Assembly: GCA_964016885.1 (NCBI GenBank)
Contig: OZ024746.1
Span: forward strand, 91,760,001 to 91,824,000
Direction of reading: 5' to 3'
Origin: Eledone cirrhosa
Lineage: Eukaryota
Length of the DNA stretch: 64,000 nt
A program made the translations under genes and the position numbers. The notes below the pieces were generated by a model that had not been told where the DNA came from, did no database searches, and was given only the letters and a program-made list of their open reading frames with translations. Shown piece after piece: positions 26,946 to 41,300 of this stretch (position 1 is the first letter of the stretch; each line of letters starts with the position of its first letter).

Positions 26946-27803
26946 ATTTTTTGATTTGTCTAGATTGTTTGTAAATATTACCCCAATGCTGATATTAATT
27001 AGCTTGAGGGTTACAAACTAATTACATATTAAGATTTAAATTTGAGAGCCCCAGATATGGCTCTAATATGGCTGCTGGGAGCTTGAGCTGTCGTGAGCCC
27101 GGCACTACCAATAACATGTGTTATAAAAGTTCCTTGTCAAAAGAAAGCATTAGTGCCAGAATACCTTAAAGTAATGATATGTGTGTAACCGCAGCACAAT
27201 AACGGACAGGTCCTGGAAGTTATGGGCAAACTTAAAGACTAAGACTTCTCTCTGGGAACTTAAGTATTTAATAGGTGCTAATATTACTATAGGGAATAAC
27301 TGTAGCTCTTTATTCCCATATGTTGCTTTCAAAATTATGAGTCAGCTAATTTTTTATATACCATTCCAGATGTGTGTGGATACATTTATTTCACTGGATA
27401 CATTATGAGCTATGACAAATGTTTCAGATCTTATAGAAACTATTCCAGTTATTGTACTGGGAACTAAGGTAGAGACATGTAAAGCTCATCCCAAGATTTA
27501 CTAGAATGATTCTCTGGCATTCCTCATTTATCCCCATCAATAAATATTAAATATAAAAAATAATAACTGTAATTACAGCTGTTGGCAATGATCGTTATGT
27601 CTTTGCTATCGCACCAGAAAAAACATTCTGCCTCAGTGATCATTTAAAAGTAATCAGATTTATAAACCTGATCCCATAGCATGAGAATATGAACAAACAC
27701 TTAATAGCAGTATAACAGCAAACATTAATGTCTACCGCACACATTCATATAATACATACACACATATATATATATATACACACACACATATATATATGTG
27801 TAC

Positions 27804-27853
<50 letters not shown>

Positions 27854-28205
27854 GTTCACATATATATATATATATATATATGTGTACATATATATACACA
27901 CACACACACACACTCACACATATATCATCATCATCATCATTTCATTTTATGTCCACTTTTCCCTGCTTGCAAGGGTGGGACGGGAACTGATTCTGGCTTG
28001 ATTTCTACAGCTGGATGCCCTTCCTAACACCAACCTCATTTACAGTGAGTGCTGGGTGCTTTTTTGCCGTGGCACCTCCACGTCCACTTTGCAGTGGAAT
28101 GATATGGACTGGGGTCCCTATCATCTCATTTCTAATTTCTACAGCTGAGTAAACTGGGGCAATGTGAAATAAAGTGTCTTGATCAAGGAAACAACACATA
28201 TATAT

Positions 28206-28295
<90 letters not shown>

Positions 28296-28297
<2 letters not shown>

Positions 28298-28463
28298 CGA
28301 AGGAGATGTGGTAAGGAACCAGATGGACCATAATGCACCAGAGTACTCAATACTTAGGGTAGTAGAGTGGGTAATAGGAAAATGTATGACCCCGACGGCT
28401 ATTTCTGTCCAGAAATAGCCGTCGAAACGGCTTGAACTCTGCCATCGGGGTCATACTTTTTCC
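28296..28463. mobile_element. Family D fold-back element in (TA)n carrying the 3' half of an HHR
   Basis: tatgacccc-gacggctatttctg-tc-cagaaatagccgtc-GAAA-cggct..tgcca-TC-ggggtcata. Homologous to 49230, 51464 and 62558. Confidence 0.85.
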
Positions 28464-29289
28464 ATATATATATATATATATATATATGCTCACAATTCTA
28501 CATCTACACATATGCATATATATATATATATGTGTGTTATATGCATACATATACACACACATATACAGGCAGACATACATATATACACATGCATACTTAC
28601 ATACACATGCATGCATCCATCCATACATACATACATACATGAATACATATATGGAGTCATAACTTTTAAATATACTGACTCACCCACACAAAACTATATA
28701 TATGAATCAGTTAGTAGTAGTATTAGCAGTATTAGTAGTAGTATTAGTAGTAGTATTAGTAGTAGTATTAGTAGTAGTATTAGCAGTATTAGCAGTATTA
28801 GTATTATTTTGCTGAAAAGACCTTCATCAATCAGATGCTTATTTCCTGTTCAAAATTTCTCTTCACAGTAGTACGGATATTAATAAGGCAGTCGGAAGTA
28901 ATAGAGACCAACTGCATGACAACAACAACAACATAATAATCAGCCATACATATGTATACATACATATGTATACACGCTTTTATATATATATATATGGATG
29001 TATATATATTGATGTATATATATGGATGTATATATATGGATGTATATATATGGATGTATATATATTGATGTATATATATGGATGTATATATATGGATGTA
29101 TATATATGGATGTATATATATGGATGTATATATATGGATGTATATATATGGATGTATATATATGGATGTATATATATGGATGTATATATATGGATGTATA
29201 TATATATATATATATATATCATTGTCATTTTAATGTCTGGTTTCCCTGCAAGCAATATATATATATACAAATGTATGTATACATGCATG

Positions 29290-29330
<41 letters not shown>

Positions 29331-29760
29331 GCAGAGGTTATATTTAATTTGTTGGGATTCAACAAGCTTAAACATTTTTATAACTGATATAAAGCACTCA
29401 ACAGATTATTGGGGTAAATACACAATATATTAATAAATGGAAACTATATTTATAAAACCATATTTATTTTATTATATATATTTCAAGGGCAACCAAGGAA
29501 AATTATGGTGCGCTTTCATCAGATAAAATACAGATTTGTTTTATAAATAAATATTGACATACCCAGAAAAAAGACAACCTTCCTATCCAGGAAGCTCCAA
29601 CCGTTAAGGTTGTCTTTTTTCTGGGTATGTCAATATTTATTTATAAAACAAATCTGTATTTTATCTGATGAAAGCGCACCATAATTTGCCTTGGTTACCC
29701 TTGAAATATATATAATAAAATAAATATCATTTTATAAATATAGTTTCCATTTATTAATAT

Positions 29761-29766
<6 letters not shown>
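29331..29766. mobile_element. Family E fold-back element in (TA)n with HHRs at 29465-29530 (-) and 29657-29722 (+)
   Basis: Arms ~29422-29581 and ~29605-29766. HHR: tattttat-CTGATGA-aagcgcaccataatttgccttggttaccctt-GAAA-tatata-TA-ataaaata. Confidence 0.9.
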
Positions 29767-29826
<60 letters not shown>

Positions 29827-29911
29827 ATTAGAAGTCAGCAAAGGGGCCTCAACTACATTGGTGTAACCTTTTATTGCAATCCATTGTAAAAGGATTACTA
29901 TACACACACAA

Positions 29912-29942
<31 letters not shown>

Positions 29943-29949
29943 GATAGAT

Positions 29950-31288
29950 CAGATGCAGTTTGGTTTTGTGCCTGGGAAGAGTACAACAGATGCCCTCTTC
30001 TTAGTGAGACAACTACAAGAGAGGTTCTTAGAGAAGAATAAACCACTATTAGCTTTTGTTGACCTAGAGAAGGCTTTTGATAGAGTACCCCGATCTCTCA
30101 TCTGGTTGTCCCTAAGGAAACTAGGGGTAGAGGAATGGCTTGTGAGGACAGTGTTGCTGTCAGTAAAGTGAGAGTAGGAATGGAGTTTAGTGAGGAATTC
30201 AAGATACAAGTAGGAGTTCATCAGGGTTCGGTCCTCAGCCCGCTCTTGTTCATTATAGTCCTCCAAGCCATAACAAAGGAGTTCAAGATTGGCTGTCCAT
30301 GGGAACTTCTCTATGCCGACAATCTGGTACTTATAGCAGAATCAGTAGAGGAGCTAGAGAATAAATTCTGGCTATGGAAACAGCAGTTGGAATCAAGAGG
30401 ACTGAGAGTGAACCTAGCTGAGACAAAAGTGTTGATAAGAGAGGACAATACTCTGATTCCATCAGGGAAATGGCCATGTTTGATATGTAGAAAAGGAGTT
30501 GGCATAAATTCTATAAAATGTACACAATGCAGATCTTGGGTACAGAAGAGATGTAGTGGGATAGCAGGCAAACTAACAGGTAGGGAAAACTATGTATGCA
30601 GTAGATGTACAGGGAAATTTGACAGTAGTAATCGCAGTAATAGACACATTTTACAAATGCAGGTAGGATCTATAGAAGTGGTTGATAGCTTCCAATACCT
30701 AGGAGATCAGATTAGCAAGGGAGGGAGGTGTTCCAAGGCCATTGTATCTAGAATAATGACAGGATAGAGGAAGTTTAGGGAGCTGCTTCCTCTGTTGACA
30801 AAGAAGGGTTGGTTATATGATGCCTGTGTGAGGTGCACAATGCTGCATGGTAGTGAGACATGGGCAGCAACTGCAGAGGATATGCAAAGGCTGGAGAGAA
30901 ATGAAGCAAGCATGCTCCATTGGATGTGCAATGTCAATGTGCGTGAATGGCTGAGCATGGATGTGTTGGGAGTGAATCTGTGTATAAGAGGGATAAAGTG
31001 TAGTCTGCAGGAGAGAAGACTGCGTTGGTATGACCATGTGATGTGCATGGAAGATGACCGCTGGGTAAAGAAGTGCCAAGAAATCCCGGTGGAAGGAAGA
31101 CGCAGTAGAGGAATACCATGCAAAACATGGGCGGAGGTGGTGAGAGCAGACCTCAGATCGCTGAAGTTTACAGAGGAAATGACGAAAGACCATAAAGAAT
31201 GGAAAGATGCTGTGCTTAATAGGACCCGTCCCACTCTTGCAAGCAGGGTAAAGTGGACATATGATAATGATGATGATGATGATGATGA
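29950..31288 (+). mobile_element. 5'-truncated RTE-clade LINE with (GAT)n tail
   Basis: QFGFVPGKSTTDALF, FVDLEKAFDRV, GVHQGSVLSP, LYADN, FQYLG, RLRWYDHV. Frameshifted. Confidence 0.93.
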
Positions 31289-32007
31289 TACATATATGAT
31301 GATGATGATATATTATATGTATACATATATTTACGTATATATATATATAACCAAAATTAAATTAAGGATGTCATATCTGAGAAACAGGTGCCATAACCTC
31401 TGTAGAATATGCTTTAAGATTCCAATGAATAGATCCGAGCATTTATATCAACTAGAAATCGATTGATATATATATATATATATAAAATAAACATATGAAA
31501 GGACTTGGCTGCTATTTCTAGCCGTCGATAATCCTATTCACGTGACTGGGATGACGCTGGTACGATGTATGTATTTTTTTAAAAGTGCAACACGTGCTTC
31601 TGTCATTCACAGATTTGTATTTGCTGTGTAAACAAAGATAGTTAAATCTTCTCCTTTGCTGACAATCTGAGATTTAACTTCTGTGATTTACCGATTGATG
31701 GTGAAATATATTTCTTTATTTAATGAAATATATACAAAGGTGATTAATTATTTTTAAAAGGTATCTATATTTGAAGTTCTAGTTAAACTTTAATTAGTTA
31801 CCTAACTAGCTGTGTGTGCTTACACATTTACAAATTATTCCCTGTGATTGTTTCATATGTTTATTTTATATATATATATATATCAATCGATTTCTAGTTG
31901 ATATATATATATATAGTAATAATAATAATATATATATATATAGTAATAATAATAATATATATATATATAGTAATAATAATAATATATATATATATATAGT
32001 AATAATA

Positions 32008-32191
32008 ATTGTTTCTACTTTTAGGCACAAGGCCAGCAATTAACCAGTACATAACTGGTACTTTATTTTATCGACCCCGTAAGGATGAAAGGCAAAGTTA
32101 ACTTCGGCGGGATTTGAACTCATATCATAAAGGGACATAACTATGCTAGAAAGCATGGCGTCCGACCCTCTACCGATACTGCCAATCCACC
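32008..32191 (-). mobile_element. tRNA-derived SINE
   Basis: Reverse complement of the 14751-14941 family. Confidence 0.85.
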
Positions 32192-32325
32192 AATGTAATC
32201 CACATATATAGTAATAATAATAATATATATATATATAGTAATAATAATAATTACTATATATAGTAATAATAATAATATATATATATGTAGTAATAATAAT
32301 GATATATATATATATATATAGTAAT

Positions 32326-32545
32326 AATGGTTTCTTATATAGGCACAAGGCCATCAATTTGGGGGGAGGGGAAAGTCGAGTAAATCGACCCCAGTGGGTG
32401 ACTGGTACTTTATTTTATCGACCCCGTAAGGATGAAAGGCAAAGTTAACCTCGGCGGGATTTGAAATCAGATCATAAAGGGACGTAACTCTATACTACAA
32501 AGCATGGCGTCCGACCCCCTACCAATACTGCCAATCCACCGCCCT
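32326..32545 (-). mobile_element. tRNA-derived SINE
   Basis: Reverse complement of the same family, longer-tail variant. Confidence 0.85.
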
Positions 32546-33583
32546 TATATATATAGTAATAATAATAATATATATATATAGTAATAATAATACATTTGAA
32601 GACTAAAATCCAAAGAGGGCTCGATAAGGATAAATATATATCAAATATATAAGAACCCTATATTTTAATAAATATATATATACATACATATATGCTTGTG
32701 GGAAAGGAAGGGCACCCGGCGATAGAAATCAAGCCAGAAACACTTCTGTATGAGCAAGACATGGTCATCTGATCTGATTTGTCTTACAACAGGACAACTC
32801 GTCTGACCCATGCTCGTGTGAAGGAATGGATATAAAATGGTGATGATAATTTATGTGTATGTATGTGAGTATAAAAGTACCAGTCAGGTACTGGGGTTGA
32901 TTCTTCCTCTTTATCTCTTTCTCACTTTCATTCTCTCACTCTCTCTTTCTTTCTCTGGAAGAAATCTGCAGTATTCAGACCTGGAAGAGGATTGGGTTGT
33001 ACCAAGTTTAAGATGCCTTAGAAACACTGTATATTGTCCCATAGCTCCCGTAGGAGCTATGGGACAATGCCATGACATGAATGTGAGTATAAACATAGTT
33101 TGTGTCTAAAATTAACACTTCCATTTGAAACTAGAGACCTCTATTAGCAGCAAATATGCAACTCTTCCATACAAAATATTGCTAGCCATAGGTCAATGCA
33201 GATCAAGTAGAACTATAATCAAAAGGAGTCCAGCTGTGATGAACCAGTCTTATTTTAAGACAGTTTATCTAAGATTATATAATTTACTTTATCCTTTTTT
33301 TTTTAGACAGCAGGTTGTGATTTGAGGAGCATTTAGTTACTATTTCTAGCCATTAGGGTGACTGTGTAGAGACCTGCTCATTAGGCTACTATGAAGGCTG
33401 GTCTTAGAATCACAATGTGTTCAATGAATTCTATAATTTACGTCAGTTCACTGTTCACTGATGGATGAGTTAAGCAATCATCTCATATGATCTGTTCATA
33501 TTAATTAATTTTAACTAGAAGAAAGGCAGAATTGTTAGAGCATCTGCCATCTGATATTTGTTCCAGCTCTTTGCATTCTAAAG

Positions 33584-34532
33584 CAGCGGTCGCCAACCTC
33601 AAGGACCACTAAAATCATAATTTTAAATCCCGCGGACCACTAATATGAATTTAAAAAAAAGATAAATACATTTGTAAAATAATGATCAGAGAACTTCCAT
33701 TTTATTAAACAATACTGAAATGTACCTGTGTCATATTGTCGATAGATGATACATATGTGTAAAATACTGATCAGAGAACTTCCATTTTATTAAACAATAC
33801 TGAAGTGTACCTGTGTCATATTGTTGATAGATGATATATATGTGTAAAATACTGATCAGAGAACTTCCATTTTATTAAACAATACTGAAATGTACCTGTG
33901 TCATATTGTTGATAGATGATATATATGTATAAAATACAGATCAGAGAACTTCCATTTTATTAAATAATACTGAAGTGTATCTGTGTCATATTGTTGATAA
34001 ATGATACATATGTGTAAAATACTGATCAGAGAACTTCCATTTTATTAAACAATACTGAAGTGTACCTGTGTCATATTGTCGATAGATGATATATATGTGT
34101 AAAATACTGATCAGAGAACTTCCATTTTATTAAACAATACTGAAGTGTACCTGTGTCATATTGTTGATAGATGATACATATGTGTAAAATACTGATCAGA
34201 GAACTTCCATTTTATTAAACAATACTGAAGTGTACATATTTGTCGATAGATGATATATAAGTGTAAAATACAGATCAGAGAACTTCCATTTTATTAAACA
34301 ATACTGAAGTGTACCTGTGCCATATTGTCAATAGATGATATATAAGTGTAAAATTCTTTCACAGATGTTAGTTCTTTACTGAGGAGAAACATTTTTAGGG
34401 GTTTATAAAATATATTTTGAGCGAATATTATTTTTTATTTTTTATTAATAAAACATAAAAATTGCAAATAATGTCCACATTTTTCTGTGGACCACCAAAA
34501 TTTTCTCTCGGACCACTGGCTGGCAGCCGCTG
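33584..34532. mobile_element. hAT-type MITE with 8-bp TSD and internal 85-bp tandem array (33683-34355)
   Basis: TTCTAAAG|cagcggtcgccaac ... gctggcagccgctg|TTCTAAAG. About 8 units of tgatcagagaacttcc... Confidence 0.9.
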
Positions 34533-34987
34533 TTCTAAAGGACAAAAAAATAAAGGTACATGGCCCTAGTGAATAGGGCATAAGGTAATGGGTTCAATTC
34601 CTGGACTGGACAGCAGGTTGTGTTCTTCAGCAAAATACTTTATTTTACATTGCTCCATCTGCTAAGACTTGTCACTGACAGAGAGTATTAACAAAAGGAA
34701 AGACCAAAGGAATCATTGTTTCCCTGGTCTGATCTGATAATCAGCTCTTTTATTTTTTTTCTGTGTGGTGTGTTCAAATCTGGCTGTGGCCTACATGGGA
34801 AGCAGATCAGCATCTGGTTTAACACCGTTGGGTGATCCTAGGGTATCTTTAGCAGAAGTCACTTAGTTCCAAACATTTGAGCCATGTCACCAGTTTGAAG
34901 ATATCTTCTTCCTTAACTTGGAGGCCTAGAAAAGGCTCATAGCTACTCACTGAAAAAAAAAAAAAAATACAAAGTAGACATTGACGT

Positions 34988-35980
34988 CATCATCAGCATC
35001 ATCATCATCATCGTTTAATGTCCATTTTCTATGCTAGCATGGGTTAGATGGGTTGTCCCATTTGAGTTACATTGTGTCAGGTGACCTTGTCTTACTCATA
35101 TAGGACTTTTTCTAGCTAGGTTTCTACGGCTGGATGCCCTTGCTAACGCCAACCACATTTACAGTGTAGGCTGGGTACTTTTAGACATGACTCCTACACA
35201 ACTACTTTACAGTGTGGGCTGAGTGCTTTTTGTTGTGACACCTAAACAGCCACTTTACAGTGTGGACTGGGGGCTTTATGTTGTGACACCTACAAGACCA
35301 CTTTACAGTGTGGCCTGAGTGCTTTTTGTTGTGACACCTACATGACCACTTTACAGTGTGGACTGGGGGCTTTTTGTTGTGAGACCTACAAGACCACTTT
35401 ACAGTGTGGGCTGAGTGCTTTTTGTTGTGACACCTACAAGACCACCTTACAGTGTGGACTGGGGGCTTTTTGTTGTGAGACCTACATGATCACTTTACAG
35501 TGTGGCCTGAGTGCTTTTTGTTGTGACACCTTCAAGACCACTTTACAGTGTGGACTGGGGGCTTTTTGTTGTGACACCTAAACGACAACTTTACAGTGTG
35601 GGCTGGGTGCTTTTTGTTGTGACACCTTCAAGACCACTTTACAGTGTGGACTGAGGGCTTTTTGTTGTGACACCTTCAAGACCACTTTACAGTGTGGACT
35701 GGGGGCTTTATGTTGTGAGACCTACACGACCACTTTACAGTGTGGACTGAGTGCTTTTTGTCATGACACCTACACAACCACTTTACAGTGTGGGCTGGGG
35801 GCTTTTTGTTGTGGGACCTACATGACCACTTTACAGTGTGGGCTGGGTGCTTTTTGTTGTGACACCTACAAGACCACCTTACAGTGTGGACTGGGGGCTT
35901 TTTGTTGTGGGACCTACACGACCACTTTACAGTATGAACTCAGTCCTTTTTGTCATGACACCTACACAACCACTTTACAT
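34988..35980 (-). repeat. RTE 3'-end fragment with a 48-bp minisatellite expansion (about 17 units, 35157-35980)
   Basis: (cat)n tail, ggatgcccttgctaacgccaacc, then tttacagtgtggactgggggctttttgttgtgacacctacaagaccac repeats. Confidence 0.88.
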
Positions 35981-36394
35981 TACTGTAATCCAGTGGCTGT
36001 GATATTAATGACTTTTTTTACTAACCTCTTACTTCTGTAGGTCATCATCAACCTCCTCCTCATCATTGTTTAACATCAATTTTCCATGCTTGCATGGGTT
36101 AGATGAGTTGTCCTGTTGTGAGAAAGACGGAACAAAGTGAGAGAAATTAAGGTCAACAGGAGAGAAAAATATGAAGGGAGCCTGTTATGAAAGCTGAAGT
36201 GTGGAGGAAAACTGGAGATTTTAGCTGGGAGCAAATAAACCTCTTACATAGTTGATAAATGATTGAAAGTAGACTTCTATATCAGCTTTACATTTATAAG
36301 TATATATATATTTATTGTAAATATGTTATGAAATTATTATATTATTTTTATTCACTCCCGAATACTAATATATATATAAATATATATATATGTG

Positions 36395-36640
36395 GAGACA
36401 CGTGGCCTAGTGGTAAGGGTGTTTGACTTACGATCAACATGTTGTGGGTTCAATTCCTGGGTTGTGACTTCATTTCATGTTGCTCTAGTATAATCAGATA
36501 AAAATAAGTACCAGCAATAGCTGGGGGTTTAACCCTGCGATGGACTGGCCTCCTGTCCAGGGGCGAGTCATGTACTTTCAGTCACTTTACGCCATGAAAG
36601 CACTGTCCAAATGAGACTTCTGGCTTAAGACATACTTTAG
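36395..36640 (+). mobile_element. tRNA-SINE (second family)
   Basis: cacgtggcctagtggtaagggtgtttgac...gggttcaattcct; accctgcgatggactggc. Confidence 0.75.
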
Positions 36641-36874
36641 ATATATATATATATATATATAGTGTAAATATGTTATTTTTCCCGACAACGTATAAAATAT
36701 TTTACATCTACTTCAGGATTCTTGTCAATTTTTTCACAACTACACTGAAGTCTATACTTCTTCGAAGATCTCTAACAACATTTTAAAAGAAAACATGTCT
36801 GAATTTCTCTCCCATACTTGCTGAAATGATTGAAATATTATTAGTCATTTAAATTGTCTTTTCCTCAACACATA

Positions 36875-37056
36875 TTGTATATACTCGAATATAAGCCAAC
36901 CCTCTATTTTATGTCTGAGAAATAGGCAAAAAGCCCAACCCCATTTATAAGCCGAGGCAGCTAATCAACATTAAATGGCAGATATAAGCCAACCCTTCCA
37001 TTTTACCTTTGATATTTTTGCTACTTATTCCTTGGTTTATATTTCAGTATAAATAG
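36875..37056. mobile_element. Tc1/mariner (pogo-like) MITE
   Basis: Imperfect TIR tgtatatactcgaatataagccaa / ttggtttatatttcagtataaata, flanked by TA. Confidence 0.6.
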
Positions 37057-37463
37057 TAATTATTTTTAATAACCATTTTATTGCTTCGTGCATATTCTTG
37101 TATCTATACACTATTTCTCTACAACTAACTTGCTCATTAAGGTGCCACCTCAAGTTGATCAGAGACTAAACAGCTCGTAACTGAATGTCAGCTTCCAAAA
37201 GTGCAACCATATTTAACCAAATGGTTCATATTCTGATTAATTATAATTATTTCTCATGTGTAAATATGTGGACAATAATTATTCCACTAATTTATGTAAC
37301 ACACACACGCGAGGAGAGAAAGGGGACATGAATGACAGGGATAGGGGAGCAGGAGAGAAGAGGTGTGAGTAAGGAAGTGAGAGAGAGACAGTACTAAGAA
37401 ACATGTCTGTATATTCTCATTAAATTCCCAACCAGTAGCTGGCCGAGTGGATAGGGTTATTAA

Positions 37464-39095
37464 CCGGCCAGAATTCTCTACCTTTTTCTGTTGATACTGG
37501 CTGTAACTGGTCGCTCATACTGATGTTAAGGTATTGTTCTCAAAATAAATACTTTCAAAATCTCACAGATTCGATATTATGTGAGATAATTATGCGAGGT
37601 AAAGACTTTACCATGAAAATATAATAGTATATATAGAGTAATGTAAATGTTATGTGAGATATTACGTGAGGTAAAGCCTTTATTGTGAAAATACAATAGT
37701 ATATATAGAGTAATGTAAATGTTATGTGAGATATTATGTGAGGTAAAGTCTTTATTGTGAAAATACAATAGTATATATAGAGTAATGTAAATGTTATGTG
37801 AGATATTATGTGAGGTAAAGCCGTTACTGTGAAAATACAATAGTATATATAGAGTAATGTAAATGTTATGTGAGATATTATGTGAGGTAAAGCCTTTACT
37901 GTGAAAATACAATAGTATATATAGAGTAATGTAAATGTTATGCGAGATATTATGTGAGGTAAAGCCTTTACTGTGAAAATACAATAGTATATATAGAGTA
38001 ATGTAAATGTTATGTGAGATATTATGTGAGGTAAAGTCTTTACCATGAAAATACAATAGTATATATAGAGTAATGTAAATGTTATGTGAGATATTATGTG
38101 AGGTAAAGCCTTTACTGTGAAAATACAATAGTATATATAGAGTAATGTAAATGTTATGTGAGATATTATGTGAGGTAAAACGTTTACTGTGAAAATACAA
38201 TAGTATATATATAGAGTAATGTAAATGTTGTGAGATATTATGTGAGGTAAAGCCTTTACCATGAAAATACAATAGTATATATAGAGTAATGTAAATGTTA
38301 TGTGAGATATTATGTGAGGTAAAGCCTTTACTATGAAAATACAATAGTATATATAGAGTAATGTAAATGTTATGTGAGATATTATGTGAGGTAAAGCCTT
38401 TACCATGAAAATACAATAGTATATATAGAGTAATGTAAATGTTATGTGAGATATTATGTGAGGTAAAGCCTTTACCATGAAAATATAATAGTATATATAG
38501 AGTAATGTAAATGTTATGTGAGATATTATGTGTGGTAAAGCCTTTACTGTGAAAATACAATAGTATATATAGAGTAATGTAAATGTTATGTGAGATATTA
38601 TGTGAGGTAAAGCCTTTACTGTGAAAATACAATAGTATATATAGAGTAATGTAAATGTTATGTGAGATATTATGTGAGGTAAAACGTTTACTGTGAAAAT
38701 ACAATAGTATATATAGAGTAATGTAAATGTTGTGAGATATTATGTGAGGTAAAGCCTTTACCATGAAAATACAATAGTATATATAGAGTAATGTAAATGT
38801 TATGTGAGATATTATGTGAGGTAAAGCCTTTACTATGAAAATACAATAGTATATATAGAGTAATGTAAATGTTATGTGAGATATTATGTGAGGTAAAGCC
38901 TTTACCATGAAAATACAATAGTATATATAGAGTAATGTAAATGTTATGTGAGATATTATGTGAGGTAAAGCCTTTACCATGAAAATACAATAGTATATAT
39001 AGAGTAATGTAAATGTTATGTGAGATATTACGTGAGGTAAAGCCTTTACCATGAAAATACAATAGTATATATAGAGTAATGTAAATGCTAAAGGG
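37464..39095. mobile_element. piggyBac-type MITE containing a 72-bp tandem array (about 21 units, 37578-39087)
   Basis: Body matches 22180-22300; ends atgctaaaggg|TTAA; 24-aa periodicity in the ORF track. Confidence 0.88.
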
Positions 39096-39477
39096 TTAAT
39101 TTGCATGTGTTTCTATATAAAATACCTTATTCTATATTGGTGGTGAATTGCCAGAGTCATTAGAGAGCTTTGCAATATTTGTTCAGACTCTCTGCTCTCT
39201 GAATTAAAATCCTGCCACGGTCAACTTTGCTTTTCATCCATTCAAGGTTGATAAAAAAGTACCAGTTTAGTACTGGGGTCATTTCTTCCTCTATAACTCT
39301 TTTTCACTCTCTATTCTTTGGAAGAAATCTGCTTTATTCTAGAAAGTAGATGGACTTTACCAGGTTTTAAAATGCTATATATCAATGAGGCATCCCTACA
39401 ACTGTCTCAGGACTTACAGGGCATACCATACACATCTTATTTGACCAAGTGTCAGGACAGAAGTAGATAGTAGATAG

Positions 39478-39812
39478 TAGCTGAAAGATATAATTGGGGT
39501 GGCTGATACCAACTGAAAGATATAATTGGAGGGGGGCTGATACCAACTGAAAGATATAATTGGGGTGGATGATACCAACTGAAAGATATAATTGGGGTGG
39601 ATGATACCAACTGAAATATATAATTGAGGGGGGAGGGTGCTGATACCAGCAGAAAGATATAATTGGGGGGTGGGGGTGATACCAACTGAAAGATATAATT
39701 GGGGTGGATGATACCAACTGAAAGATATAATTGGGGTGGATGATACCAACAGAAAGATATAATTGGGGTGGATGCTACCAACTGAAAGATATAATTGGGA
39801 TGGCTGATACCA
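39478..39812. repeat. ~32-bp minisatellite
   Basis: tgataccaactgaaagatataattggggtgga, about 10 copies. Confidence 0.9.
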
Positions 39813-40191
39813 CCTAAACTCTATACACTGTGTTTCACTTTCAGCTGTCAGACTGGCAAAGAAGATTTCTTACAATACCTGGAAATAGTCAGCCACCTTT
39901 ACTGAGCTGTCTTTACATATTGTCACACCTGCAACATGACTAACAGGAAAGATTTTTTCATTTTCAGTATACAAGCTTCTCAATTACAGCAGAGCCTTCT
40001 TATCCCTTGCTAAGAGCGTCTCAACTTCACACAGGGCCAGCACCACCATATAAGAAAACTAGGCAGCTGCCTAAAGCGCGGATTTCAGGGGCCAGATTTC
40101 TCCAAATCAACAACAATTTTGAAAAATAAATAAATAAATACATTTCAGTTTTATTGAGGGTCGTTTTTTACCCTGGTTTATTTCATACAGG

Positions 40192-41300
40192 GACAAAGAA
40201 ATGGATAGGAAGACTAGGAAGCTATTGACTATCTACAACATGTTCCACAAGAGGAGTGATGTCGATAGACTCTACTTAAAGAGATCTGAAGGTGAAAGAG
40301 GTCTTATCAGCATAGAGGACTGTGTTCAGATGGAGAAAAACAACCTGCACAAATACGTGACCGATAGTAGGGAGCCAATGCTCAGAATTGTACTGAAGGA
40401 GAGAACAGTAGACCAGGGAGGAAATAAAAACAAGGAGAAAGACCAACCTTCATGAAAAATCCCTTCATAGTACCTTCTTTGAGAAAACTGAATTTAGAGA
40501 TCCACAGACATGGAACTGGTTAAAAAGAGGAGACCTTAAAAAGGCTACAGAAGGAATGCTAATGGCTGCGCAAGAGCAGGCATTTAAAACGAAGTGGCTG
40601 AAACACCATATTTACAAGGAGGAGGCTAGCCCACTGTGTAGGATCTGTGGAGAGAGAGAGAGAGAGAGGAGACTGTGGCTCACATTGTATCTGAGTGTAA
40701 ACACCTAGCCCAGACTCACTATAAAGGCTGGAGACATGATGTGATGGGCAGGGTGATCCACTGGCACCTATGCAAAGTAAACAATTTACCACATTCTGAG
40801 AAGTGGTATGAGCATAACCCAGAGTCGGTGATAGAAAACGATCAGGTGAAGGTGCTATGGGATTTTAGGATACAGACGGATAAGGAACTGGAACACAATA
40901 GGCCTCACCTGGTGGTTTTGGACAAGGAAAAAAGATCGTGCCTGATTGTGGATGTGGCCTGCCCATTTGATACGAGAGTGCAAGAAAAGGAGAGGGAGAA
41001 AATTAACCGATACCAGTGGGAGGTAAAAAGGATTTGGAACTGCCATGAAGTCAGAGTCGTCCCGATTGTCATAGGCGCACTAGGTACTATCTCAAAGAGT
41101 TTCCAAGGATGGTTAAAGAAAGTTAGTCCAGCCCCGCTTTTTGGAACACTTCAAAAGGCATGCTTGCTGGGAACAGCAAGAACCCTCCGATACGTCCTGA
41201 ATATCTGAGGCTGCAGGTAGCAGCTTGATATTCATTTCAACAAACTTTCCAGTTAAATAACATCAATGACTGAGACTCAAAGAACAATAATAATAATAAT
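40192..41300 (+). mobile_element. 5'-truncated R4/Dong-like non-LTR retrotransposon (CCHC finger + restriction-like endonuclease), (TAA)n tail
   Basis: HKRSDVDRLYLKRSEGERGL, CRICG..ETVAHIVSEC, RHD, LWDFRIQTD..NRP, IVDVACPFD..EK..RY. Frameshift at an (AG)n run near 40650. Confidence 0.88.

Noticed and set aside
37555-39106. 300-500 aa ORFs
   Set aside because: By-product of a 72-bp MITE-derived tandem array.
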